Shown: piece after piece, positions 1 to 13,000 of the stretch | How the letters are laid out: each line of letters starts with the position of its first letter | Numbering within the stretch: position 1 is the first letter of the stretch | DNA from: Octopus vulgaris | Lineage: Eukaryota | Length of the DNA: 64,000 bases | Assembly: GCA_951406725.2 (NCBI GenBank) | Contig: OX597816.1 | Span: 33,542,001 to 33,606,000 of the forward strand | Direction of reading: 5' to 3' | The notes under the pieces: generated by a model | What the model was told of the DNA's origin: nothing | Databases searched by the model: none | What the model saw: the letters and a program-made list of their open reading frames with translations, nothing else | Position numbers and translations under genes: made by a program

Positions 1-258
1 ACGAAGTCGTAAATAAACCAACACCAGTTGCTAAATAAAAAATAGTGATAGGTGGCAAACACAGACACACACATTATATATATTTTTTTATACATGCATA
101 TATGATGTCTTCTATGAAATTTCATCCATCAAATTTACTCGCAAGGCATTAATCGGTCCGAGGCTCTAATAAAATCACACATCCAAGTTAATCACGCATT
201 AAGACTAAACACGAAAATACGTAGCTGCAATGTATGCTTATCAACCACATACTGATGC
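1..258 (-). mobile_element. Degenerate SINE family A copy (runs off the window edge)
   Basis: Diverged but colinear with the copy at 544-947 (aaacacagacacac...atccatcaaatttactcgcaaggc...ggtccgaggct...accaca). Confidence 0.6.
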
Positions 259-311
259 CGTTAAAAAGTGTTGAGAACATGAGGTAGAATTTAATATTTT
301 CCGAGATATTG

Positions 312-360
<49 letters not shown>

Positions 361-543
361 TCTATCTCCTCTTCTCCTTTATTTTTCGCTTCAGATATCA
401 ACTTCTGTCAATGGTTGGTGTTATTGCACTAGTAATCGATCTTGTATCAATTTGTTTTAAGAGACAGAAATAGCAACATAGTTTTCATACATTGTGGTGA
501 TAATCTGGTACTCCATTCATCTACCTGAAAAACCAGCTCCGCG

Positions 544-750
544 TTTCTTTTATTCTTTTACTTGTTTCGGTCATTGGACTGCGGCCATGCTGGAGCACTG
601 CCTTTAGTCGAACAAATCGACCCCGGGACTTATTCGTTGTAAGCCTAGTACTTATTTTATCGGTCTCTTTAGCCCAACCGCTAAGTTACGGTTGTCAATC
701 AATGTAGTGGGGTAGCAAACACAGACACAGAAGGATATATACATACACAA

Positions 751-795
<45 letters not shown>

Positions 796-947
796 CATAT
801 CCGACGGTCTTCTTTCAGTTTCCGTCTACCAAATCCACTCACAAGGCTATAGTAGAAGACACTTGCCCAAGGTGCCACGCAGTGGGACTGAACCCATGAC
901 CATGTGGTTAGTAAGCAAGCTACTTACCACACAGCCACTCCTACACC
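544..947 (-). mobile_element. tRNA-derived SINE family A with internal (CA)/(TA) microsatellite
   Basis: Minus strand reads GGTGTAGGAGTGGCTGTGTGGTAAG (A-box-like)...GGGTTCAGTCCC (B-box-like), with a CCTTGGGCAAGTG core and an AAAAGAATAAAAG-type tail. Homologous to 33259-33685 and 38398-38757. Confidence 0.9.
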
Positions 948-1404
948 TAGTATTATTATCGTAAATAATCTGTACATCACTAGGAGCAGACTGATTACAA
1001 AAATCTTCTAAAACAGATTTGCTTGCTGTTCTGTTCAATGAGGGTGGAGTACGCAGAAACAACAAGGACCCTGGAGAAGCCGAGTGTGTACAGTCTACAA
1101 GGAAAGGATTTTAATTACTGTGTGCGTTATGTAGATTTATAACAGAAGAATTTTAGTGAGTGAATCAGTGAATGACGGTATCGGGTTAGTGAAATATAGA
1201 GAGAGGTTGATTCACGAGTGTATTAGATTGTAGTGAGAGTAACCATAAGTAAATACGGAATTTTAGAGAGAGTAATAGTCAGAATATACTAAATCCTAGT
1301 AAGAGTTAACTGACAGTGGGGTGAATAGAGAAACGGTAAAAGAAAATAGGGCATTCGATTCAGCAATTTGGCAAGTTATAGAAGTCCATGACAAACACAA
1401 TACA

Positions 1405-1799
1405 TCTTTATATATAAAAGTGAGGTTGTGTGCTGTCTGTCTCCTACTGTTTAGATTCCTAACTACTCCCACATTTTGCGGTGCAGTTTAACCAAAACCG
1501 GGTATCTTATAGTCGTGATTCATATCGAGCCCTTCTGGGTATTAGCGCGCGTCTACGATGAGTCTACGATTTAAAAAAAATTACCATAAATGTTTCCCAT
1601 TTTAATGCATTTTTGGCATATATAAGGGAAGTAACTCTCTAAACATTTATTATTAAATCTCAGAACGTAAAAAGCTTCAGTAACACCCCCCGACTTTGTA
1701 GTTAGCCATATTGAGATGGCTATTATACTTCACATCTCTAAAAATGCTTATATAGTTATTTCCCTTACAAACCCGAGCAACGCCGGGCGATATTGCTAG
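1405..1799 (+). mobile_element. Non-autonomous Helitron (~395 bp)
   Basis: Starts TC(TTTATATATAAAAG) after host A1404 and ends CTAG (1796-1799) before host T1800. GC hairpin CCCGAGCAACGCCGGG at 1772-1787, 8 nt before the CTAG; no TSD. These are canonical Helitron termini. Confidence 0.85.
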
Positions 1800-2135
1800 T
1801 TGAATATAAAAGAAGCTATAGAAACGAACGGCATATAGAGTAGATGGATACAACAGTGATAAAGAGAAATACGGAGTGGAATGTCTAATTATAAGAAAAA
1901 GAAGCAATTGCTTTAAAATCAAGTAGAGAAAACGAGGGTTAAATGGTGGTTTGAAATAATTTCTGAAAATGTAAAGTATTGAACTGACAGAAGTATCTGA
2001 GCATAGAATGAAATGATTTGCGGTATGGTTTCATTTTCATCGTGCACAGAGTTCAAATCGCGTTGAAACCACGTTTACCATATTAATTTCTCTTCGGTGT
2101 CGGTAAATATAAGAAATGTCACTCTCTATACACAC

Positions 2136-2171
<36 letters not shown>

Positions 2172-2723
2172 ACACACATACACACACATACATATAAAAC
2201 GGAATCGGATATGTCGAAAGAGTCAGTAAAAAGAATTGATATTCTGGTTCTATCTATTCGTTCACCAGCAGTCTGCAGATAAACGAACAAGAAGAAATTA
2301 AAACCAGGAAAGAATAAATTTGTTGATCTGAGACATTTGGAATGCGATGAACGTCACAAACTCTTATTCTTATTATATTCCACTATATATTATTTGCAAA
2401 AGAAACTAACAAAATGTATCTGAACTAAAATATATTGACTATAAGTTTTGTGGATTATAGGTGTGCAGCTGTCCAATAAATGTTCCATAGAATTAAGAAG
2501 GAATTGAGACAGAGAGCAGGAGAGAAAAACAGCCAGAGTGTGTGCATGAGAGGCGGGTTGCGACTGTCACGAAATACGTCAAAATCTATGAACACTTTCG
2601 CTTGATGTTCATTGACACGGAAGTAGCACGCTGCGCTAGATAAAATGTATTACTACTATGCATACAAATATACAAGTAAACAGAGGCAAACCACATTATA
2701 TGAATGTATAATGCCAGCTATAC

Positions 2724-3004
<281 letters not shown>

Positions 3005-3265
3005 TACCAGCATACACTCCCATACACTCGTGTTTGTGCGTGTGTAAATTTTTGTGCATAGCTCGCTGGTGTGACGAATACTTTAACCGCGACAGTTTAG
3101 AGGTCTGTCCACGTTTAAGAGTACACGAACGTGTTAATTGCGTTTGTTCCCACCTTTATTTCTATCAACGCATCTTAGTGCAGCGCTAATTAATTTCAGC
3201 GTGAGAAAGCATTACACCCATCAGAAAATTTAATATTTACTTGTTTTTATATATATATATATATA

Positions 3266-3838
3266 TATAAAAATATGGTAAAGTAAAAGAATTCACTTTA
3301 CCACACACCGAACTTTTCCGAAATAGCAGCCAAAAACTTGGCTATTTCTTCAACTGCAAATAAAAGTCTCCAGACAATGTATACTCAGAAAAATAACTCA
3401 CATAGGAATAAGGGAAAAACAATGAAAGATCACATCCATATACGATACCCGAGGACAGTCTGTTTCTGGATTCGTGGGTAAAACGCCACTTTTCCTTCAT
3501 CAGCTCAGAGATTTCTTTTGATTTAGATTTGAAAATACTAAGAATCAAACATACCCGTCCGATATCTGTAACATCGGACAAACTATGCCAGACATCCAGT
3601 ACTAGCGAATCCAAAAATACGAATGAGATCTATTATTCTCCCTGTCCGCCTACGTGAGTCATAGAGCATTCCATTTCTGCTATTTCGGAAAAGTTCGGTG
3701 TGTGGTAAAGTGAATTCTTTTACTTTACCATATTTTTATAAATTGATACTTCAAATACACCGTAAATGGTCTTTACATACCGAATACTGCTTGGTCGAAT
3801 TTATTAATAATTAATTGATTCGACCCCCATTTTCTCAT

Positions 3839-3842
<4 letters not shown>
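3266..3842 (-). mobile_element. Non-autonomous Penelope-like (pLTR) element with inverted terminal segment
   Basis: Perfect 64-bp inverted repeat (3266-3329 / 3677-3740), internal hammerhead motif, bounded by (TA)n on both sides. Inverted pLTRs with hammerheads are established PLE features. Confidence 0.7.
3448..3509 (-). ncRNA. Type I hammerhead ribozyme (PLE-type, near-palindromic helix III)
   Basis: Minus strand: UCUGAG-CUGAUGA-AGGA[AAAGUGGCGUUUUUACCCACGAA]UCCA-GAAA-CAGACUG-UC-CUCGGG. Contains the CUGAUGA and GAAA cores, helix III ACAG(A)CUGU, a GUC cleavage triplet, and helix I UCUGAG/CUCGGG. Confidence 0.75.
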
Positions 3843-3884
<42 letters not shown>

Positions 3885-5332
3885 GTTTGTATATATTTGG
3901 AGTGTATACGCTGAAGCCATAGTGTCTCCGAAATTTATGGATATACTGAAATACAAAATTATCGTGCAGACGAAAGATTGGAATTTAGTCCTTTAATGTT
4001 ATGGAGAATGCGAATCGTTACATATAGACAGACAGAAAAACTATAAATGACCTGGTCCTGTCTATATCGATTACATCTATGATGAAAAACAATTCGTGGC
4101 AGTATAATCGAAGAGGTCATCTAAGTAAGGTGTTTTGACATGGAAACCTGTTAGACGAATGAGAATCTGTCGTCATTTTGTGTTATAACACATCTTCGTT
4201 TCAGTCTTGTCACTTTTGAATATCTCTGTTGACGCCACTAACAACGATTACACAGTACATCAGTTTACAAACGTTCACCTCATATCCTTCAGACATTTCA
4301 GTATTCCACTTTTCAGCAAAATAGATAACATATATGTTTAAATTTATCTGTCTGTATTTGCGTTTGATCATGTGTATAATATATATTTCAACACATGTAT
4401 GTACAGTTCGGATATTATTTCGTATTTACTTGCTGTCATATCGAATTCTTTCTATCACATAATCATCTCTGTACTACAAATGTTTGTCTTTGTTTCAGAA
4501 TTGTCCGTTCCATTATAAATATGATTTTTTTTTTCTAAGATAATTTTAGCTGATATTCAGAACTACATTGCACTGGCCTTGCAAGACAGACGGCTAGCGT
4601 GACAACTAATACTATTGATTCAGCCATTAAACTTAATTCAATAACGGTATTTCATTACTATGAACTAAATAGCATTACAGAATACCGACTTTCGCATTTT
4701 CCAACGAAACAGCAAACAAATGATTTGTAGATCTACACGGTGTGATACTTTGAAAGCATTTTCCGTTCATGATTTATAAGCGACTTCAAATTGATTAGCA
4801 AAGGTGATTTCAGATAATTTCCCGTCTATAACTTTCTATAAGTAACGAGACACTATAGTTTTAAACTATTGACGGTTATCATTTATGGGAGATGAAATAG
4901 TTATAAACTTCTATCGATAAAAACTCATTATAAATTCGTCCACAGCTACATTTTAAAAACGTATAAAATTTATTCATTTATTATAACTAAAGAAGACATT
5001 GTTAAGATGTTATTACTTTCACAACTTTATAAAAGTTTTAAGATTTTCGAAGAAAAATATAATATCCAATGATGATTTATGTTTGATATATTAAGGACCC
5101 TTAACTTGCTTAATAACTCTACATAATTTTAAAGATACTTATTTTACTTCAAAAATGGATTCGGTTGACTAAACAATGTCTAGGAGCAATATACAGAAAT
5201 ATATTAACAAGTAGAGTAGACAATATTGGTATGATTACAACTCAGTTCTGGGAGGTAAGAAAAAATAGTTTAGCAAAAATACACATGAGAATTATAGTTT
5301 TCTGCCATTCTACGACACTGAGCTTAAGTCAA

Positions 5333-5334
5333 TC

Positions 5335-5385
<51 letters not shown>

Positions 5386-5419
5386 GTATCTATCTATCTA
5401 TCTATCTATCTATCTACTT

Positions 5420-5466
<47 letters not shown>

Positions 5467-5496
5467 TGCATACATAAACATACATACATGTACATA
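5333..5496. repeat. (TATC)n + (TA)n microsatellite
   Basis: Directly visible. Confidence 0.95.
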
Positions 5497-5800
5497 GGTA
5501 TATGTGCTTTCGATTTTTATAAGGATGAATATGTATATCCGAATTTGTTCTCTTTTAGTTCCCCCATCAAGACCTCTGTAATAATAATTTTTTGTTTATA
5601 TTCTTGCACTGAGAACAATGATATCTAATTAATTTAATTTAATCAAATTAATTTAATTATTCTACCCTGAATGTTAATATAGCTGTTTGAAACGATCGTA
5701 TGAATGTACCAAAAACTTTGAAATTCGAACACCTTCTCTTTTCCATTTTTAACAAATCTGTAGAGTTTCATGGGGTACCTCTCTATATACAAGTATTAAC

Positions 5801-5848
<48 letters not shown>

Positions 5849-6019
5849 TGTAGGTATATATACGTATATATATATATGCATGTATATATATGTATAGTTC
5901 TATTTATCTATATATTTGCACATATTTTATATATGTACATATATATGCATATATGTATGTGTATGTATATACTTATATATATATATCCATATATATATAG
6001 GTATACATACAGAGTATGT

Positions 6020-6612
6020 GGGTTTAGCTTATAGGTGTTCTAAACGATTAGGTAGTTAAGCGCTTTACAGCGCTAGGTAAGCTCTGGAATGGATTGCTAG
6101 GCCTCCAAGGTCATAGTCGTGAGGGCAGTTATAGATCCATCGCAGATTTCCGATGCAGCGGATATATAGTTGCTAAACAAGAAGTGAAACATTAAGGCAA
6201 TTGAAACATCTCAAGTCATATACAATATTATAACAGGAAGAATTTGAAAATCTTACAGCTGTTTCTGTGATATCCTCAAGTATGGGATATTCCGTAACAT
6301 GAAAGAAATTGGGGGAATGAATGAAAAATGAGATTGGTATATATCAGTAATATGATGACATAGGTAAAGGGGGTAAAATGATAAGGAGAGAGAGAGGCAA
6401 CAAAAAAGAGGCATAAAATTCATAGTTCAACTTTCAGAAGTTATAGAAACCAAAGCATGTAATCTTAGGTGTAACCCTGCATAAATCCATGAGTGTAAGT
6501 CTTTTGGTACAATCCTGTGTTCATCCATGGGTGTTGAGTTCCTTATATAGTGGACATCTCAAGAAAATGACGCGAACATATTAACGATCAATAACATAAT
6601 GGTTATATATAA
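6020..6612 (-). mobile_element. Penelope-like pLTR relic with degenerate hammerhead (~6250-6305)
   Basis: Minus strand shows helix II ATATCC...GGATAT then CAGAAACAGCTGTA: GAAA, palindromic helix III ACAGCUGU, GUA triplet. The CUGANGA box is mutated (catgttac). Flanked by TA-rich microsatellite. Confidence 0.55.
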
Positions 6613-6810
6613 TTGTATATGAATAAATGTGTGTATGTATGTATGTATGTATGCATGTATGTATGTATGTATGTATGCATATATATGTGTGTATCTCTCT
6701 TTTTCTCACTCTTTCTCTCTCTCTCGCTCTCTCTCTCTATAGATAGATATCAGAGAATGTTAGGAATGGAAAAGGTAAATACAATTATATATACTTATAT
6801 ATATATACAC

Positions 6811-6879
<69 letters not shown>

Positions 6880-8100
6880 CATATATGTGTGCATCCCTAT
6901 TGACTTTATTGTGCATTAGGAATTCTATCTCTGTAGAAAAGACGCTTGTTTCGTTTTATTTAATGTTTGGTAGATCATAGCAAATGTACGAATAAAGGAG
7001 TTCGATCCGAAATTATCTGTAATTAACATAGTAATTAACAAAGTATTTTTGTATTTTGAAAATATTGAGTTTGATCATATGGAGATTTCGTTCCCATTAC
7101 TAGCAGATGGAGTCACCATAATCTAGGCTCCACTTTAGCTTGTTGTATTTGAAAATGGAAGCTAGGTATAAGATAGGTATTTTGATCGGTATCTGAGGAG
7201 AATGTGGCAATATTATGTAGCCAGTCTATACTGATATATTTAATATTCATCTCTCTCTAAAATATTATCTGTATTTAGAGAAATATAAATATATTTCATA
7301 ATAACAGATATTCGACATTCTGTATGTGACGTTGCCTATCTCTCCCTTTTGTAAAATAAAAGATAAATAAAAAGAAATTAAAATAAAAGCTACCAAAATT
7401 AAAATGTCAATATGCATAATCTTTCTAGATTTATCGTATTTAAGTGTTTCAGCTTACTGTCACTGACATTTAATATCAATTGGTTTTTCAATAAATACTG
7501 TAGATATTTCAAATAATGTCTTTACTCATTATTCACTAGACATTACGTCATAATGACGTTGCCACTTCACTCACGTTTCGTGCTCGGAATGATACTACCG
7601 CTATCAAGCATTAAAACATGATTATTTTATCTAAGTGATATCATCCAGAATTTGAAATTTCTGCTATAAGGGTCAGATATGTCTGTTGATAACACCCTTG
7701 GAAAAGCGCATTCACCGAAGTTAGCTTTAGTAAGAAATTTCTACAAAAGAAAAAACTTTTCTTCTAACTTGAAATTTCTCACCTCATCAACGTCCTTATA
7801 AAATGTAGGAAGTGCGAGGGAGATTATTTGCAAGATACTTTTATTTTCTGTCCAAGCAGATAATTTGTTTCACTAATGCACTGGATACTATATTTTAAAA
7901 ATCATTCAGTTATTTCATTTGAAACATTAATATGTTTAGCTAAATTGCTAGTAAAATAATTCAATACTGCAATGTCATCTACATTGGGATATGTACAGTG
8001 GACTTAATAGTGGTCACATTTGACGAATGGCGTGTCTGAGGACATGCAGTAGCACGGTCGCTAGATTTGCTTCATCTTTACAACTTCTTGGAAACTAATT

Positions 8101-8320
8101 TGATATCGGTCGGCATGGTGCCGGAGACGTCAGCCAAAGATGCCGTCAGCCCGGTGGGTGGCCGCCACCTCCACGCCACCTTGCTTTCTCCGTTCGTCTA
8201 CGCGCAGCGGGGCCGCCAATCGCCCGGTGCTCCGCCGCGCTACCATGCCCGATATCGTAAGAACGAACCGAAGCTCGTGGTGTCGCCAACGTACACATGC
8301 ACGTAGCCGCGACCGATGGG
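8101..8320 (-). other. GC/CpG-rich structured island of unknown origin (candidate ncRNA or rDNA-derived fragment)
   Basis: About 143/220 G+C and about 30 CpG by hand count. Long stem 8102-8120/8239-8256; hairpins at 8263-8278 and 8282-8313 with G-U pairs and a cUUCGg loop on the minus strand. Confidence 0.5.
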
Positions 8321-8344
8321 TGGAATTTGGTGAAAGAGAATGTT

Positions 8345-8600
8345 TTATGTTGTAATATCTGGCGATGTTTGGCGATGTTTGGACATTTAATATTATGCTG
8401 TGGCACATTTTTCTGCTGTTTGTGTAACTTTCAGTGCTAAAGCTTGGTAAAGTCCTTCCAAGATTTTCTGAATGTACGTCAGCGCATATTTTTCTCGTCT
8501 TCGGTCTATGAAGTAAAGTTATCAGCCTTTCCCACTAGCTGACATGTCCATTTGAGAAAATCTTCTCCGTGTAGCTTCGCTGGATTGCTTCGAGTTCGAA
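8345..8600 (-). pseudogene. CR1/L2-type LINE ORF2 C-terminal relic
   Basis: Minus frames give LEAIQRSYTEKIF...VS*WERL...YALTYIQKILEG...STESYTNSR. This matches the post-RT LE.IQR..T / SY.ERL / SLERRR motifs of CR1-group LINEs, with stops and frameshifts. Confidence 0.7.
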
Positions 8601-9877
8601 TATATATATATATATATATATATATATCTGTCATAAACTAGTATTAATATACATTGATTAAACATAGACTGCTTCCTAATATTAATATCAAGTGATACAC
8701 ATAAATGCTAACTGTTTTCCAGAGACGAACAATGGAAGACTGCAGTGTCTTCCTCGAATCTGATCAATCAATTAATGACAGTCTGAAGATTTGCAAGATA
8801 TTTGTAAAACTACGTATGTAGGTATGTTTATTGAAGCATATAAAACCAATGAATAAGTATAACCTTATAACATCATCAAGCAAATACTGATTTGAAACAC
8901 GCTGGCAGAGAACTATATAAGTGCGTTAACACATACGTAAGTTGCTCAACTATACCTCTAATATTTTTTCCATAACGGAGCATAAACAATTCACCACACA
9001 CATACACGGATATGTTCACATAGAAACATATATACAAATGCATATGTTTATACACATATATATATCTACGTGTGTGTGTATGTGTGTGTGTGTGTGCATA
9101 TTTATACATAAATTTATACGTGTGTGTATACATATATAACACACGTATATGCGTTTGTATCTTTGCGTTTTGGGTGTGTATTATGGTACCAATAACAAGT
9201 CAGCGGAAAGAGAATGCATCTATAACTTTAAAAACAGGGAGTAATAGTGAAACCATCCATAAAAACATAAAATCCGCTACAAACACAGTAAATATGATAT
9301 TGTTCGCTTCTAAAGCAAACAAAGACTTACACATTTGTAGAGATCAGTTGCGAAGTGAATATAGATATTACACCTCATCTCATGTCATGTATTTAGATTT
9401 TATCAGTACATTTTGTCTTATCTGCACTGGAGTATGTAAGTAAAGAAGCGCTTGTGGTTTCCATTAAATGGCAAAGTTTCCCATTAAATTTCTAAGGACG
9501 CTAAATCGCTTCATCAAATTTCAACCAATGAGTGATAGACTAAAAGTATGTGAAACATTACAATACTTGTAATTATCCCTATATGGATGGCACTAATTGA
9601 CTTTTTTACTCAAACACGTTGGGTACTGTCTTAAATGAAACTTAAACTTATTCCCATTTTGCTAGTCAGCGAATTTTCTTCTGCGAAGAAGTTGAATAAA
9701 TCTTAAAAGAAAATTCATAAATATATACACTCACATACTCATAGAAACCCACAGGAACACATGTTATGTTTAGCAATTAGTAATTTAAGCAGCCTTTGTT
9801 GTATAACATAAATGTATATTAGATGTTATGGATTCTATAACTTTAAAATATAACTTACACTTCATGTATATAAACGC

Positions 9878-9920
<43 letters not shown>

Positions 9921-10907
9921 GGGGCAGCATTCCAACTTGTTTCGGATATATTTGGAGGACGTCTCAAAACTCTATTTATTAACTTGTCTCAGATCGTAGT
10001 AGAAATTATGTATAGGATTATTACAATGAAACAGTATTATTATTATTATTGAACAAAAATTCGCTTACATTTTTCGACAATATACGATTACACACATACT
10101 GCAAGATAAAATTTCTGCTGTTGCTACTATTTATACAACTGCCACCACTAGTGATACCTCAAAAACAATAACAATATCAGATCTAGTCTGTAGTACAGTT
10201 ACTGTATCCTGTTCAATTTGCGTAGCGCATCAATAATTAACTAACTGACATAACAACCAGGAAGGTGTAATTTATACACAACATATTTTCCGGTTTAGTG
10301 AAGTCTTGCATAGTAACGTGTGCATAAACATTAGTTTATGAATACGTTTTTAACACAAAGTTTAATTTATAATAGTCATGAAGTAAAATTAACGACAACA
10401 CTTTGTATATGTGTATTACTGTCTATGAAGATGGCCGGGAGTGATGAGATATATTGGATTATGCAGTTGGAAGTAGAGAGAAAGAGCTAAACTCTCAATA
10501 AAGTTTATCTACATTGTTGGTATAAGGTTCATAGTATTAGTATAAATAGAATACAAATATAAATGTCAGTTTTATATGATGGTGGAGGATATTAAATTGA
10601 TATTAGTTTTGTATGAATAGAAATATTTTCTGAATTTCAAGAGGAGCCAGTAGACGAACCAAATAATAAGAAAATTAGCTTAGAAAGTAAAATGGTAGAA
10701 GGTGAAATGTTCCTTTTATCGAATTTAGGCGATGTCTCTGTATTTGAATTAGAATCATAATCAATAAAGAATTGGTTAAAGAAAACAGTGCCGCCAATTC
10801 ATGTTCGGCACATACACAAACGTAATTCTATTTTGAACAATTGTTGGATTCGTTTGACTTCATACGCCTTGCTTTCTGTATTCATCCGATAAAAAATAAA
10901 AGCAATT

Positions 10908-10916
10908 ATATATGTA

Positions 10917-10976
<60 letters not shown>

Positions 10977-10983
10977 TATATGC

Positions 10984-11019
<36 letters not shown>

Positions 11020-11054
11020 CATATAGATATATATATATATATACATATATATGC

Positions 11055-11089
<35 letters not shown>

Positions 11090-11112
11090 CATATATATAT
11101 CTATATATACTT

Positions 11113-11153
<41 letters not shown>

Positions 11154-11196
11154 TATATATGTATATATATATATGTATATATGTATAAATATATAA

Positions 11197-11260
<64 letters not shown>
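10908..11260. repeat. Interrupted (TA)n microsatellite
   Basis: Directly visible. Confidence 0.95.
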
Positions 11261-11262
<2 letters not shown>

Positions 11263-12499
11263 TCAATACGAAGGAATGTATTCAGATATTTAGATATTTG
11301 TACAGTAGTGGCTTTTTCCAAGACTGTTAATGTTACAATGGCGATAATACTGTCAGCAAGGACTTGTAAACGATTTCTTTATAATTTAGTAAATGTTGAA
11401 ATACTACAATCACTTGCTATTCACAACTCTTTGAATGAGAGACTGTCTTAGAGCAAGCGGCGTCAATATCGACAAGATCATTTGGCCGCCTCTATAAAAC
11501 AAAGAAAACAAGCTTCAATCGTATATATTTCTTAAGTTTAAATTTGTCTGATATAACGAAGTACATAATAGATAATATTTTTCTGAAGGTGATTTTCAGG
11601 TAAACGTTCAAGTCTTCATGAAGAATATATCTAATGTTTTTGTCTTTGTTCAAAGAATTTAATTCTAGAGATATTTATCACTGAGATACCTTACCATATA
11701 CACATACATACACGCCTACTTGTTTCTAAATTCTGCATAGGAAAATATATGTGTGTATGTCTTCACATACGTTCAAGTATTGATGTATTTGCGTAAGGAA
11801 ATATCTCATAGACGCTTTCAAAATCAAGTTAAAATTAAGCAAATGTAGAAAATAAAATTAAGAAATGCATAGAAATAAAACGAAAGAAAACAAGAAATTT
11901 ATTTGTGAACCATTACCAAATAAAACTAGTGAAATATATATATTCGAAATACAGATATTCCACTAGGAATTACAAGAAAGATATCATTAAGAACGGATAT
12001 GATTTTGGTGATATCGTACTTTAGCAAATGGATAAATTAAAGTCTGAGTTGAATGACAAATACAAAAAAAAAATTTAAAGTAATTCAAATTCACCTTTTA
12101 GTTACAAAAAGAATATAAACACCTAATATCTCCTAGCCAAGCGTTATCGATTTTTGACTGTGGCCGAAAGCGAAAAATAGAAGAGGTTTAAAATAATTTG
12201 ATGGCACATGTTATATCAACCACCTGGCGTATGCAGGCTAAAGACATTGCCTCCCGGTTATGAATACATATAAGGGGAAGTAACCAAATACAGTAACATG
12301 GGAGTGTTTGATGATCCTACAATTAGCATTCAGGTCGTCATCACGTCATGTCGTTTCGTTTAGAAAAATATTTAAGGTAGTCAGGAAATTTATGGAACTA
12401 AGGAGATAAGGATTTTCTAGGTCTAAAATACAATGATATATGCTGGTATTTTTCCTCTGTCTGCTTCCCTAATTAAATTTCTCTTCCCTTCACATATAT

Positions 12500-13000
12500 T
12501 TAGGTGGTCTGCAAGAAATGGTGGAGAGCTTCTATGAAAAATGTAAAAGAATATTTCGTTGACGCATGCTCTTCATTAACAATGTATGCAACAATTGTAA
12601 AACAAAATCCTCAGAGGAAATTCTTCATGTTCTTTGTATGCTAAAGTAACGTAATTCAAACAATGGTTTCATGTTGTGGAATAAGAGGAATCCAAAGTAC
12701 TTGGCAAATACGTTGGACAAACGTGAATGGCTCTAGGGAGGAGTCTGACTTAATCTCCCTTACTACAAAACGTTTATTCCATGTTCGAATTAAGGAATAG
12801 ATATGTGCGACGATCTCATTTTCCTGCTGTCTATTAACAGTTTGCCGAAGCAGAACTTAGATTGGGTTGCATCAAACCAAATAATAACGTCAGCAATAAG
12901 AGAAACAGAAAAGAAGTTGTGAAATCTGTTTGATTTAGTCGTTTTTTTCCGTGTTTTCTGATAGCCAGGTGCAGGGGAATTTGATTTGAAAATCGTGAAA
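12500..13000 (+). pseudogene. Possible heavily decayed Penelope GIY-YIG endonuclease region
   Basis: Fragments CNNCK, NVIQTMVSC and GKYVGQT (ggc aaa tac gtt gga caa acg, ~12703-12723) resemble the NVIY.I.C..C...YVGQT motif. Frames are broken. Confidence 0.35.

Noticed and set aside
7950-8010. Minus-strand peptide YPNVDDIAVL resembling an RT YxDD motif
   Set aside because: Too short, with no other RT motifs in register.
8027-8045. gcgtgtctgagg resembles the 5.8S rRNA 3' end
   Set aside because: Only about 10 nt match and the upstream sequence lacks the conserved 5.8S core, so no rRNA gene is called.
11305-11360. Possible decayed hammerhead (aagactg...aatactgtcagc); similar sequence at ~62670-62712
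   Set aside because: Both catalytic boxes are absent or mutated; not supportable without a family consensus.
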